The notes under the pieces are model-generated. The model was given only the letters and a program-made list of their open reading frames with translations. It was not told the origin of the DNA and made no database searches. From positions 262,194 through 307,555 of the forward strand of contig NIVC01000650.1 of assembly GCA_002269645.1 (NCBI GenBank): 45,362 nucleotides of DNA, read 5' to 3'. Position numbers and translations under genes: made by a program. The stretch's first letter is position 1; the number at the start of each line of letters is the position of its first letter. The DNA comes from Macrostomum lignano. Lineage: Eukaryota. Of this stretch, positions 1 through 11,451 are shown piece after piece.

Positions 1-3000
1 GCCGTCCCGAGGCTACTACTGAGACTGCACCGCCGCGACGGAGAGCAGCAGTACTACTGGCACCACCGACGAGGCAGTGACGCCGTCGGAGGAGTCGACT
101 TTGACAACAGAGCCGTCGACTGCGGACTCTTCGTCGGCTACTATTAGCTCCTCGGCTTCACCGGAAGCGAGCACAGAAGCCAGCACAGAAGAGAGGACAA
201 CAGCCGGTCCCGAGGCTACTACTGAGACTGCACCGCCGCCGACGGAGAGCAGCAGTACTACTGGCACCACCGACGAGGCAGTGACGCCGTCGGAGGAGTC
301 GACTTTGACAACAGAGCCGTCGACTGCGGACTCTTCGTCGGCTACTATTAGCTCCTCGGCTTCACCGGAAGCGAGCACAGAAGCCAGCACAGAAGAGAGG
401 ACAACAGCCGGTCCGAGGCTACTACTGAGACTGCACCGCCGCCGACGGAGAGCAGCAGTACTACTGGCACCACCGACGAGGCAGTGACGCCGTCGGAGGA
501 GTCGACTTTGACAACAGAGCCGTCGACTGCGGACTCTTCGTCGGCTACTATTAGCTCCTCGGCTTCACCGGAAGCGAGCACAGAAGCCAGCACAGAAGAG
601 AGGACAACAGCCGGTCCCGAGGCTACTACTGAGACTGCACCGCCGCCGACGGAGAGCAGCAGTACTACTGGCACCACCGACGAGGCAGTGACGCCGTCGG
701 AGGAGTCGACTTTGACAACAGAGCCGTCGACTGCGGACTCTTCGTCGGCTACTATTAGCTCCTCGGCTTCACCGGAAGCGAGCACAGAAGCCAGCACAGA
801 AGAGAGGACAACAGCCGGTCCCGAGGCTACTACTGAGACTGCACCGCCGCCGACGGAGAGCAGCAGTACTACTGGCACCACCGACGAGGCAGTGACGCCG
901 TCGGAGGAGTCGACTTTGACAACAGAGCCGTCGACTGCGGACTCTTCGTCGGCTACTATTAGCTCCTCGGCTTCACCGGAAGCGAGCACAGAAGCCAGCA
1001 CAGAAGAGAGGACAACAGCCGGTCCCGAGGCTACTACTGAGACTGCACCGCCGCCGACGGAGAGCAGCAGTACTACTGCACCACCGACGAGGCAGTGACG
1101 CCGTCGGAGGAGTCGACTTTGACAACAGAGCCGTCGACTGCGGACTCTTCGTCGGCTACTATTAGCTCCTCGGCTTCACCGGAAGCGAGCACAGAAGCCA
1201 GCACAGAAGAGAGGACAACAGCCGGTCCCGAGGCTACTACTGAGACTGCACCGCCGCCGACGGAGAGCAGCAGTACTACTGGCACCACCGACGAGGCAGT
1301 GACGCCGTCGAGGAGTCGACTTTGACAACAGAGCCGTCGACTGCGGACTCTTCGTCGGCTACTATTAGCTCCTCGGCTTCACCGGAAGCGAGCACAGAAG
1401 CCAGCACAGAAGAGAGGACAACAGCCGGTCCCGAGGCTACTACTGAGACTGCACCGCCGCCGACGGAGAGCAGCAGTACTACTGCACCACCGACGAGGCA
1501 GTGACGCCGTCGGAGGAGTCGACTTTGACAACAGAGCCGTCGACTGCGGACTCTTCGTCGGCTACTATTAGCTCCTCGGCTTCACCGGAAGCGAGCACAG
1601 AAGCCAGCACAGAAGAGAGGACAACAGCCGGTCCCGAGGCTACTACTGAGACTGCACCGCCGCCGACGGAGAGCAGCAGTACTACTGGCACCACCGACGA
1701 GGCAGTGACGCCGTCGGAGGAGTCGACTTTGACAACAGAGCCGTCGACTGCGGACTCTTCGTCGGCTACTATTAGCTCCTCGGCTTCACCGGAAGCGAGC
1801 ACAGAAGCCAGCACAGAAGAGAGGACAACAGCCGGTCCCGAGGCTACTACTGAGACTGCACCGCCGCCGACGGAGAGCAGCAGTACTACTGGCACCACCG
1901 ACGAGGCAGTGACGCCGTCGGAGGAGTCGACTTTGACAACAGAGCCGTCGACTGCGGACTCTTCGTCGGCTACTATTAGCTCCTCGGCTTCACCGGAAGC
2001 GAGCACAGAAGCCAGCACAGAAGAGAGGACAACAGCCGGTCCGAGGCTACTACTGAGACTGCACCGCCGCCGACGGAGAGCAGCAGTACTACTGGCACCA
2101 CCGACGAGGCAGTGACGCCGTCGGAGGAGTCGACTTTGACAACAGAGCCGTCGACTGCGGACTCTTCGTCGGCTACTATTAGCTCCTCGGCTTCACCGGA
2201 AGCGAGCACAGAAGCCAGCACAGAAGAGAGGACAACAGCCGGTCCCGAGGCTACTACTGAGACTGCACCGCCGCCGACGGAGAGCAGCAGTACTACTGGC
2301 ACCACCGACGAGGCAGTGACGCCGTCGGAGGAGTCGACTTTGACAACAGAGCCGTCGACTGCGGACTCTTCGTCGGCTACTATTAGCTCCTCGGCTTCAC
2401 CGGAAGCGAGCACAGAAGCCAGCACAGAAGAGAGGACAACAGCCGGTCCCGAGGCTACTACTGAGACTGCACCGCCGCCGACGGAGAGCAGCAGTACTAC
2501 TGGCACCACCGACGAGGCAGTGACGCCGTCGGAGGAGTCGACTTTGACAACAGAGCCGTCGACTGCGGACTCTTCGTCGGCTACTATTAGCTCCTCGGCT
2601 TCACCGGAAGCGAGCACAGAAGCCAGCACAGAAGAGAGGACAACAGCCGGTCCCGAGGCTACTACTGAGACTGCACCGCCGCCGACGGAGAGCAGCAGTA
2701 CTACTGGCACCACCGACGAGGCAGTGACGCCGTCGGAGGAGTCGACTTTGACAACAGAGCCGTCGACTGCGGACTCTTCGTCGGCTACTATTAGCTCCTC
2801 GGCTTCACCGGAAGCGAGCACAGAAGCCAGCACAGAAGAGAGGACAACAGCCGGTCCCGAGGCTACTACTGAGACTGCACCGCCGCCGACGGAGAGCAGC
2901 AGTACTACTGGCACCACCGACGAGGCAGTGACGCCGTCGGAGGAGTCGACTTTGACAACAGAGCCGTCGACTGCGGACTCTTCGTCGGCTACTATTAGCT

Positions 3001-5156
3001 CCTCGGCTTCACCGGAAGCGAGCACAGAAGCCAGCACAGAAGAGAGGACAACAGCCGGTCCCGAGGCTACTACTGAGACTGCACCGCCGCCGACGGAGAG
3101 CAGCAGTACTACTGGCACCACCGACGAGGCAGTGACGCCGTCGGAGGAGTCGACTTTGACAACAGAGCCGTCGACTGCGGACTCTTCGTCGGCTACTATT
3201 AGCTCCTCGGCTTCACCGGAAGCGAGCACAGAAGCCAGCACAGAAGAGAGGACAACAGCCGGTCCCGAGGCTACTACTGAGACTGCACCGCCGCCGACGG
3301 AGAGCAGCAGTACTACTGGCACCACCGACGAGGCAGTGACGCCGTCGGAGGAGTCGACTTTGACAACAGAGCCGTCGACTGCGGACTCTTCGTCGGCTAC
3401 TATTAGCTCCTCGGCTTCACCGGAAGCGAGCACAGAAGCCAGCACAGAAGAGAGGACAACAGCCGGTCCCGAGGCTACTACTGAGACTGCACCGCCGCCG
3501 ACGGAGAGCAGCAGTACTACTGGCACCACCGACGAGGCAGTGACGCCGTCGGAGGAGTCGACTTTGACAACAGAGCCGTCGACTGCGGACTCTTCGTCGG
3601 CTACTATTAGCTCCTCGGCTTCACCGGAAGCGAGCACAGAAGCCAGCACAGAAGAGAGGACAACAGCCGGTCCCGAGGCTACTACTGAGACTGCACCGCC
3701 GCCGACGGAGAGCAGCAGTACTACTGGCACCACCGACGAGGCAGTGACGCCGTCGGAGGAGTCGACTTTGACAACAGAGCCGTCGACTGCGGACTCTTCG
3801 TCGGCTACTATTAGCTCCTCGGCTTCACCGGAAGCGAGCACAGAAGCCAGCACAGAAGAGAGGACAACAGCCGGTCCCGAGGCTACTACTGAGACTGCAC
3901 CGCCGCCGACGGAGAGCAGCAGTACTACTGGCACCACCGACGAGGCAGTGACGCCGTCGGAGGAGTCGACTTTGACAACAGAGCCGTCGACTGCGGACTC
4001 TTCGTCGGCTACTATTAGCTCCTCGGCTTCACCGGAAGCGAGCACAGAAGCCAGCACAGAAGAGAGGACAACAGCCGGTCCCGAGGCTACTACTGAGACT
4101 GCACCGCCGCCGACGGAGAGCAGCAGTACTACTGGCACCACCGACGAGGCAGTGACGCCGTCGGAGGAGTCGACTTTGACAACAGAGCCGTCGACTGCGG
4201 ACTCTTCGTCGGCTACTATTAGCTCCTCGGCTTCACCGGAAGCGAGCACAGAAGCCAGCACAGAAGAGAGGACAACAGCCGGTCCCGAGGCTACTACTGA
4301 GACTGCACCGCCGCCGACGGAGAGCAGCAGTACTACTGGCACCACCGACGAGGCAGTGACGCCGTCGGAGGAGTCGACTTTGACAACAGAGCCGTCGACT
4401 GCGGACTCTTCGTCGGCTACTATTAGCTCCTCGGCTTCACCGGAAGCGAGCACAGAAGCCAGCACAGAAGAGAGGACAACAGCCGGTCCCGAGGCTACTA
4501 CTGAGACTGCACCGCCGCCGACGGAGAGCAGCAGTACTACTGGCACCACCGACGAGGCAGTGACGCCGTCGGAGGAGTCGACTTTGACAACAGAGCCGTC
4601 GACTGCGGACTCTTCGTCGGCTACTATTAGCTCCTCGGCTTCACCGGAAGCGAGCACAGAAGCCAGCACAGAAGAGAGGACAACAGCCGGTCCCGAGGCT
4701 ACTACTGAGACTGCACCGCCGCCGACGGAGAGCAGCAGTACTACTGGCACCACCGACGAGGCAGTGACGCCGTCGGAGGAGTCGACTTTGACAACAGAGC
4801 CGTCGACTGCGGACTCTTCGTCGGCTACTATTAGCTCCTCGGCTTCACCGGAAGCGAGCACAGAAGCCAGCACAGAAGAGAGGACAACAGCCGGTCCCGA
4901 GGCTACTACTGAGACTGCACCGCCGCCGACGGAGAGCAGCAGTACTACTGGCACCACCGACGAGGCAGTGACGCCGTCGGAGGAGTCGACTTTGACAACA
5001 GAGCCGTCGACTGCGGACTCTTCGTCGGCTACTATTAGCTCCTCGGCTTCACCGGAAGCGAGCACAGAAGCCAGCACAGAAGAGAGGACAACAGCCGGTC
5101 CCGAGGCTACTACTGAGACTGCACCGCCGCCGACGGAGAGCAGCAGTACTACTGGC
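1..5156 (+). repeat. Coding tandem array, 204-bp unit (68 aa), ~25 near-identical copies
   Basis: GTGACGCCGTCGG recurs at 77, 281 and onward with period 204. Units look identical apart from seven single-base deletions, all within 1-2041. Confidence 0.98.
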
Positions 5157-5244
5157 TTCATCAGCAGCACTGGGTTGCCGGAAGCTACGACGGAGCACGT
5201 GACTACTGAGTCGTTGCCTTTGGTTCCTTCACAAGCTCCTTCTT
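1..5244 (+). CDS. Large mucin-like exon (5'-partial) of a type I membrane glycoprotein; Ser/Thr/Glu/Pro-rich repeat ectodomain
   Basis: ORF 2112-5261 is continuous. The repeat unit has 33/68 Ser+Thr, 13 acidic residues, 1 basic residue and no Asn or Cys. A unique stalk (GFISSTGLPEATTEHVTTESLPLVPSQAPS) follows, then a phase-1 donor T|GTAGGT at 5244/5245. Upstream ORF breaks are 1-bp deletions in GG/CC/CCC runs (~4, 36, 413, 1078, 1310, 1484, 2041). Confidence 0.88.
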
Positions 5245-5317
5245 GTAGGTTTACTTTTTAGTTTTTTGTACTTTCTTTAATTTTTTTGGCGGTAACTCTA
5301 GTAATGTTTTTTTGTAG

Positions 5318-5402
5318 GGCTTATCGGTTCGATTGCGTCGGTGATTGGTGCGGTTATTTTCATTCCGTTGGTCAGCTACGGTGTTGTTTTTTATCGCCAG
5401 AG
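5318..5402 (+). CDS. Transmembrane exon of the mucin gene (WLIGSIASVIGAVIFIPLVSYGVVFYRQ)
   Basis: Acceptor TTTTTTGTAG at 5317 and donor AG|GTAAGT at 5402/5403. The 73-nt phase-1 intron joins the mucin frame to a ~23-aa hydrophobic helix followed by YRQ. Confidence 0.85.
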
Positions 5403-6060
5403 GTAAGTTTTTTATTGCAATGGTAGTCTAAGATAATTTTTTTATATTTTTAATGTTAGTTAAAGTAATGAAATAGGTTACACTTTCATAGTTGATAGTT
5501 TACGTGAAAGAACGAGAGTTCTTTACCGATTTTGTCGCACACCTTTTTGAGAAAGAGTGGGAAATAATATGACCGTTTTTCTATGTCTCAGACAACCTTT
5601 TTTGCGAAACCAATTTTATTGTTTGAGTAGTACCAGTTTCGAGGATTGTTTAATTTCTTCAATCAAAACAGGCACTCTTCCTGAAAGTTTTTTCCATGAG
5701 TTAATTCTGTTGCTTTGAAAGCGGAAATTTTGTTTAGCAATAAGATTTTATTTGCATTTAAGATAACATTGCTAAAGCTTAGGGCTATGGTGTCATGAAT
5801 CGTAACACTACAGTTGTCGTGTTTGGGCCATAGATAAGGACAGGCATCGGAATGTATCGAATATAGTAAAGTGGCTAATGCATTTAAAGGCAAATCGCTG
5901 GGTCCATTTTTCTGCAGATTGATTCAGTTGATTGCAAATCTAAGGATTAGTTTCGGTTTTTTTCTGAAATCTCTACCTAGAAAATTTACCTGAGAAAATG
6001 GCCAATAACAGCTCAGTGTATTCTTCTTGCAGTGAGAGCAAATCTATAGTTTATGACTAA

Positions 6061-6465
6061 TATTGGTTTTGTCAGCCTAACTGAGAATAAAGCCATCCAA
6101 AGTGAGAATCCTGCCTACGCTGACTGCGAAGGGCCTGGCTGCGTGCAGCCTTAGTCTATGGGCCATAGACTATTAAGGACAAGCAAAGTGATAAAAAACC
6201 ATCCAATGTGAGAATCCTGCCTACGCTGAATACGAAGGGCCTAGCTGCGTCCAGCCTAGGCTATAAGCCATAGACTATAAAGGACAAGCAAAGTTTTAAA
6301 AGACCAATCGATTCTCACATTGGATGGCTTTTTATCACTTTGCTTGTCCTTTATAGTCTATGGCCCATTGACTAAGGCTGCACGCAGCCAGGCCCTTCGC
6401 AGTCAGCGTAGGCAGGATTCTCACTTTGGATGGCTTTATTCTCAGTTAGGCTGACAAAACCAATA
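6061..6465. repeat. Long inverted repeat: 156-bp arms (6061-6216, 6310-6465) with a 93-bp spacer; internal ~106-bp tandem duplication
   Basis: Manual reverse-complement alignment shows 3 mismatches across 156 bp. The spacer region holds a second direct copy (ENPAYAEYEGPSCVQP) offset by 106 bp. Confidence 0.95.
6076..6154 (+). CDS. Candidate terminal exon: short cytoplasmic tail SLTENKAIQSENPAYADCEGPGCVQP* with an NPxY motif
   Basis: Branch-like GACTAAT (6055-6061) and acceptor GGTTTTGTCAG at 6075. Phase 2 matches the TM exon donor, and TAG lies at 6152-6154. NPxY is an established endocytosis/PTB-FERM-binding motif. Confidence 0.6.
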
Positions 6466-7140
6466 CTGAAGCTGTTGTTTTTAGGTGATGTGCTTCGTTC
6501 TACGAGTATTGTACCTTTTTGCGCTCTATTTGGTTAAATCTGCGTTCAATTTGGTGCGAATTCGTCAGCAGGCTGACGTGTCAGCCACTTCTGGTTTGGC
6601 CATAGAAAGCAGCAAGCAATTTGGAAATAGCTGCGTTTAATTTGGTCTGTCCAAGAATTGCTCGTACAAGATAGCTTGTAAATTGAGACATGACACATAG
6701 AGGCCCTTTTTCCAGAATCAGCTTGGTGGACCATGAGAAGCCCTCTTGTTGGCCAAAAAACGTAGTATAGACCATAGATCTTATATTCACTAGATAGGTC
6801 ACTTTGTATGGCGGTGATAGGGAAAGTTCGACCGCTGTTGTTATTTTCGTCACTTGTGCGAAAAAAGCCGACATAGGTTGCTAAAATTTTGAGTTCAGCA
6901 GCCTAGGGACATAGACGCTATATTTAAGAATTTGGTAGAACTTCTCATGAATTAAATAAAAAGCTACTCAATCAAACTAAGTATGATGCATGCACTGCAG
7001 ATTCTACTGACGAAATTAAATTCAGTAGTTGATTTTCGCGCTGTCGCGAGTTGCAATTTTTTTACAAATAGATTTTATGACCACATAAGTTGTTAATGAG
7101 TGCCCTATCTTGTGTATACGTTATATGATGTTTGGTTTAG

Positions 7141-7263
7141 ACCACTTTGGTTGCTGGGCTTCTGCACATGTCTATGGCAAACCATGTCTTTCGGCTTGGC
7201 TCGTTTCCGCTGTGTGTATGGCACTAAATATAACGCAGTTTGCACAAAATCGAATGCAAACAG
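7141..7263 (+). CDS. Possible symmetrical phase-2 cassette exon (123 nt)
   Basis: TTTGGTTTAG acceptor, CAG|GTATAT donor and an open frame compatible with the TM exon. No recognisable motif. Confidence 0.25.
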
Positions 7264-7795
7264 GTATATTAACTGCGCATGCACCTCTTGACTGTCATGG
7301 CCCATACTTCTGGGTTCTTCTTTAAGAGAGAGAAATTGATTTCCTTTTGAACATTTATTCTTCAAAGTTAAAATCAAAGGACGAAAATCAATGTACTGGA
7401 AAGCATGCGCTTTAAATTTAGCTTGTTTTTTCTTCGTTCTGTAATTTTTATGCTTATCTAACAGAATTTCCCAAGTACTCGTAGTTTTATGGCTATGGCT
7501 ACTTATGTAAAACCGGGATTTATTGATTTAAACAGCGACAGCCAGAAATTACCTAATTGTTTAACTGTTAGAGAAAATACCGGTAGGTCAAAGTGTGCTA
7601 GTACATCACTGATGCGGAGCCTCATATAGAGCAGTTCCAGTTTGTTCATGCAGCGTTGATAAGTTTGATTTGCAGCAAAATACGTAAGTCATGACGTTTC
7701 GCATTTTTTACTATTATAGCGGATCGATGGTGCTGTTGCAAATCAAGAGCCTCAACAGTTGTGTTACTATTGACATATTTTATACATTTTTTTAG

Positions 7796-7985
7796 ATTTG
7801 GCAACGTGAATTTTCATAGAACCATGGATCCCGAGCGGGCGCCGCCAGCCTTGGAGTCGCAAGCTGCCAGCGCAGTTAATTTCCGTCGCGTGAGAGCATT
7901 GTCGGAATTTTTTCAGCCCAGTTTGAATTACGGAACGTTCGCCGATGGCGCATCTGGGCACGATGTTATTGATGTGAATGTGTAA
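7796..7985 (+). CDS. Candidate alternative terminal exon (FGNVNFHRTMDPERAPPALESQ...DVIDVNV*)
   Basis: Strong acceptor ATTTTTTTAG at 7795 and phase 2 compatible with the TM exon. GC-richer than its flanks; ends in TAA. Confidence 0.4.
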
Positions 7986-8605
7986 AGTTTTTTTGGTAAA
8001 TGCAGGGTTTACAGAAGCTTTGTGTTTTGTGATACATGTAGACATCGACATTTATATTTTCATGTTTGTTTTTATGCTCATGTTTAACCTCTCCCAGATA
8101 TGATGTGTAAGTTGCTTCTGCTTTGTTTCAAGAAGTTGTGAGACTGATCAGAGTTTTTTGCAGTTTTTGGTTGGATTTTTACTGTAGGATACAATTTATT
8201 CCACTTAAAAAGTTAAAAAATTTTCAGTTTTATTTTAAGCCTTATATACATATACATTTTGCAATATTAGAATTAAAAACTAAGCAATAAATATTTGAGC
8301 TAAAATCAGATATTTATTTGATAGTAGTATGTGATTACATAATACGAGCTACATTGCTTACCGCCTGTTCAAACCAATGAAATGACATTTTAACTACGTA
8401 AATTTCACAGGATCTCAGACTCGAAATTTCCTAAAAATCTGAATACACTCCGCAATACTAAATTCTGTTACTGTTAATGACTTTTTCGAAGATAGCTACT
8501 TTAATGACGTTTAAGAAAAGTCATTTTTCTAATACTAGCGTATATGCTGTTTATCAAAATCCGTAATTAAAAGTAATTTTTCGTTCTTGTCTAACTATGC
8601 ATGTC

Positions 8606-9456
8606 CTGAGGCTGAGCCCCGGGTAGCAGGCTTAAGCAACCTGCGGGTTGGGTCCAGGTGCTCCTCCCATTGTTTTTATTGTTTTTATTCCCATTAATGT
8701 ACGCACTGGCAGTGCCTGCCACTCCAACCGGCTTAGTGCCACTCTAACAAACCTGGAGTTTTGAGCTCTGCCCTCCCTGCCCGGCCCATCTTGCTCTGAC
8801 CTTGGTCCATCTGCTGGCTCCTCTGGCTGTCTCCCTGCCCTTGTGTCTCGGCTCTCATCCTGACAGTGGACTGGAGTCCTGGGGAATGAGTTCGTCCCGA
8901 ATCGGGGATACCGGCTGAGTCCGGGTCCTCTTGCGCCTTGTGCCCCTTTCCCGACCCCTTGGCCCGGCCTCCAATCTAAAGCTGGATAGGTGATACCCTT
9001 GTGGCTTGCAGCCCCATAGAAGGGTTTTGTCTACTTTACCTCTTGATAGGAGACTCGCCCTTGGAAACAAGCCTTCCAGCCAAATACCAAATTCCTAACT
9101 AGTGCTTTTTCCGTAGACCTCTGGGGTTTCCCCGCTCTCGGACCGCTCTAAGTAGCAAACTATGCTTTTCAAACTCTTTTTGCGCGCACTCCCAAAGACT
9201 TGTCTGCTGGGTGGTGGCCTGGGTGGACTCGGTCCTAGCACCGTCCCTGATTCCAATTTTGGGTTGGCGGTGCCTTAGTCCATAGGCTTGGGTTAGCAGT
9301 AGTTCACACCCATCCCTAGCCAAGACGTTAGTGTCTAACCAACTAGTTTAGTGGTATCTCGGGCTTAGGCCCCTGGAAGTGCCCATCAACGGCAGAGCCC
9401 CTCCCAGGGCTGATCCGCGGGTAGCAACCGCTCCCACCCCCGTTTAACAACACAAA
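8606..9456. mobile_element. Non-coding ~850-bp insertion, probably a non-autonomous or truncated non-LTR retroelement
   Basis: Direct repeat AACTATGCATGTC (13 bp) at 8593-8605 and 9457-9469. GC-rich interior in an AT-rich context, A/C-rich end (TTTAACAACACAAA), no TIRs and no long ORF. Confidence 0.65.
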
Positions 9457-10340
9457 AACTATGCATGTCTTGCATAGTGCTCCCCATGAAGCAAGAAATC
9501 TGGTTTCATATGATAAACGTTGTTTAATACACATTCTTTAATTAAGCGTCCTTGGTCACACTCAATAGTTAGCTCGTACTAAATCGCTGCTCGAATCGGA
9601 GCTACTAAATGCAGGCTCGGATTTTCCACTTACAGTATATGAACTGTCAGCATGACATCAAAACAATAATTTAATAAGGCTTTTCTCTCACTTTCATGTC
9701 CTCCTTAATAATACTTTTTGGATATTTGTGACTATACCGACGAGTACAATAAGATGCTTAAAATCGTTTTTTTTATTGGCTTGTCTTATTGGAGAGAACA
9801 ACAGGGAACAGAAGAGTAGCACTGTTAATTTTTCTGGCCTGGAGTAATGCTTTTTTACTTTTGGGACATCTTGTGTGGTGTCTGTGTGAAATTGGAAGTG
9901 AGAGTTAGTTTTTATTAATCCTCAATCTACATGTGAACCTCTTATTGACAATGATGATTCTCCTACAATTACAGTCTTTTATAGCTATTGCGGACTAAAA
10001 ATGGTACTTAGTGATTGTACAGCTAGCTGTTTTTAATGCCGAATTAGTAATTAAGGCTGTTTTTCTCTTACATGCGGCTATCATCAGCTCACATGCTTTA
10101 CATGTGCAGAAGATCGTTAATTTTATTAAAAAAATACATTAGAAATTTGAGTCGCGAAAAAGAAACAAAAATTGTCCAAACATTCTGAATTTTTTATTTA
10201 AGAAACGTCAATTTCGAATACTGAGATGCTTTTTTATGACGCAGCTGTATAAAAAAATTAGAATTTACTGACACAATGCGATTGATGGCATGAATAAAAA
10301 ATCTAAAAAATTCATGAATTCATATATGATTCGTTTCTCG

Positions 10341-11007
10341 TCAAACCAGTGTCTGCAGACTCTGTTCCTCATTGTTTTCTTCTAAATCATCTGTAACTTT
10401 TTCGGGTCGCTTTGCTTCCCGATTCCGCCTAGAAGGTTCGCAGTCGGCTGGCCTCACCTGAGGCAGGTAGTTGTCGTAGAAGCTGAGTGAATCCAGTCGA
10501 TTAGCTAGCTCAGGCGGCAGTTCGGCTGCCTGATGCTGACCATCCGGTTTAGATGACGAGGCACTTGTCGACAGATACGGCAGCCTGTCAATGTTATCCG
10601 CCACGCCAATTATTTCGTTGTTGGCGCTGAATGTAACAACTTTCTTGCCGGAACTGCCAGCGCCGTTTGGTGAGCAGCTTCGCTGGCGACGTTCAGCGGC
10701 TAACAAGGCGCGAAGCTGACCAACTCTACGCTGGGCCGGCTGTCGCCACGGCTGCCCCTGCTGCTGCTGCTTCAATGGTACTTGGCGCGCGCGATTGTCG
10801 ACTGCGCGAAGGCAAAATGCTGGACGCCGCTGACGACGGCAGCAGCGGCAGCGAGTCAAATGATGGTCTTCGCTGCCATACGGAGTCGCATTCGGTGCTG
10901 GGGACCTTGACAACCGCAGAATAGGGGACATAGGCTTTTGAAGCCGTTGTGACAGAAGCGGCAGCAGCAGCAGCTCCCAGTGTGGTTACTGTAGCTGATG
11001 GCGCTGG
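10341..11007 (-). CDS. SH3-domain protein, terminal exon; reading frame ambiguous (frame A stops at 10726, frame B at 10341)
   Basis: Acceptor TTTCCAG| at 11007 (phase 0) opens frame A (PAPSATVTT...RRPSFDSLP...GPA*). Frame B (10341-10985) encodes KKVVTF and a C-terminal QTLV and is reachable through a weaker AAG acceptor at 10934. Confidence 0.6.
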
Positions 11008-11451
11008 CTGGAAAGTTTTTGAACCCGATTTAGTAAAAATTGTTTACTTTTATGTTTTAAGTATACTACTGTCACTTTATAGTAGTTTTGCATGAAGAAA
11101 GCATCAAAACCTATCATTGTGCATGAGAATAGAATAGGAGTTGCTAGAGCAATCGAAACTCTTCCATGATTATTATAGATACATCTCATTCAAAATGTAG
11201 CTTTTTAGGCTGTGCGATTATTCCCGTAAAAATTCCCCTGTAATTGACAACAAAACGTAATCGTTTACCAAAGCCGAAATTACAATTTAAATAAAATTTC
11301 TTGACAAATTTGTTATAATCGATTTCAAGGCATGCATTCGAGAGCAATCATTCCTAATATTTTTACCATGCACACAAGGTTCTCAAATAAAGCTTCAATA
11401 AAAGTTAAATAAATTGCATGTATCTAATAATTAGAAAAAAAACAAGCTCAC

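Noticed and set aside
16-5170. Long minus-strand ORFs (up to 1064 aa, Val/Ser/Leu-rich)
   Set aside because: Antisense shadow of the mucin repeat. A stop-free unit gives a long ORF automatically, and only the plus strand splices to a TM exon.
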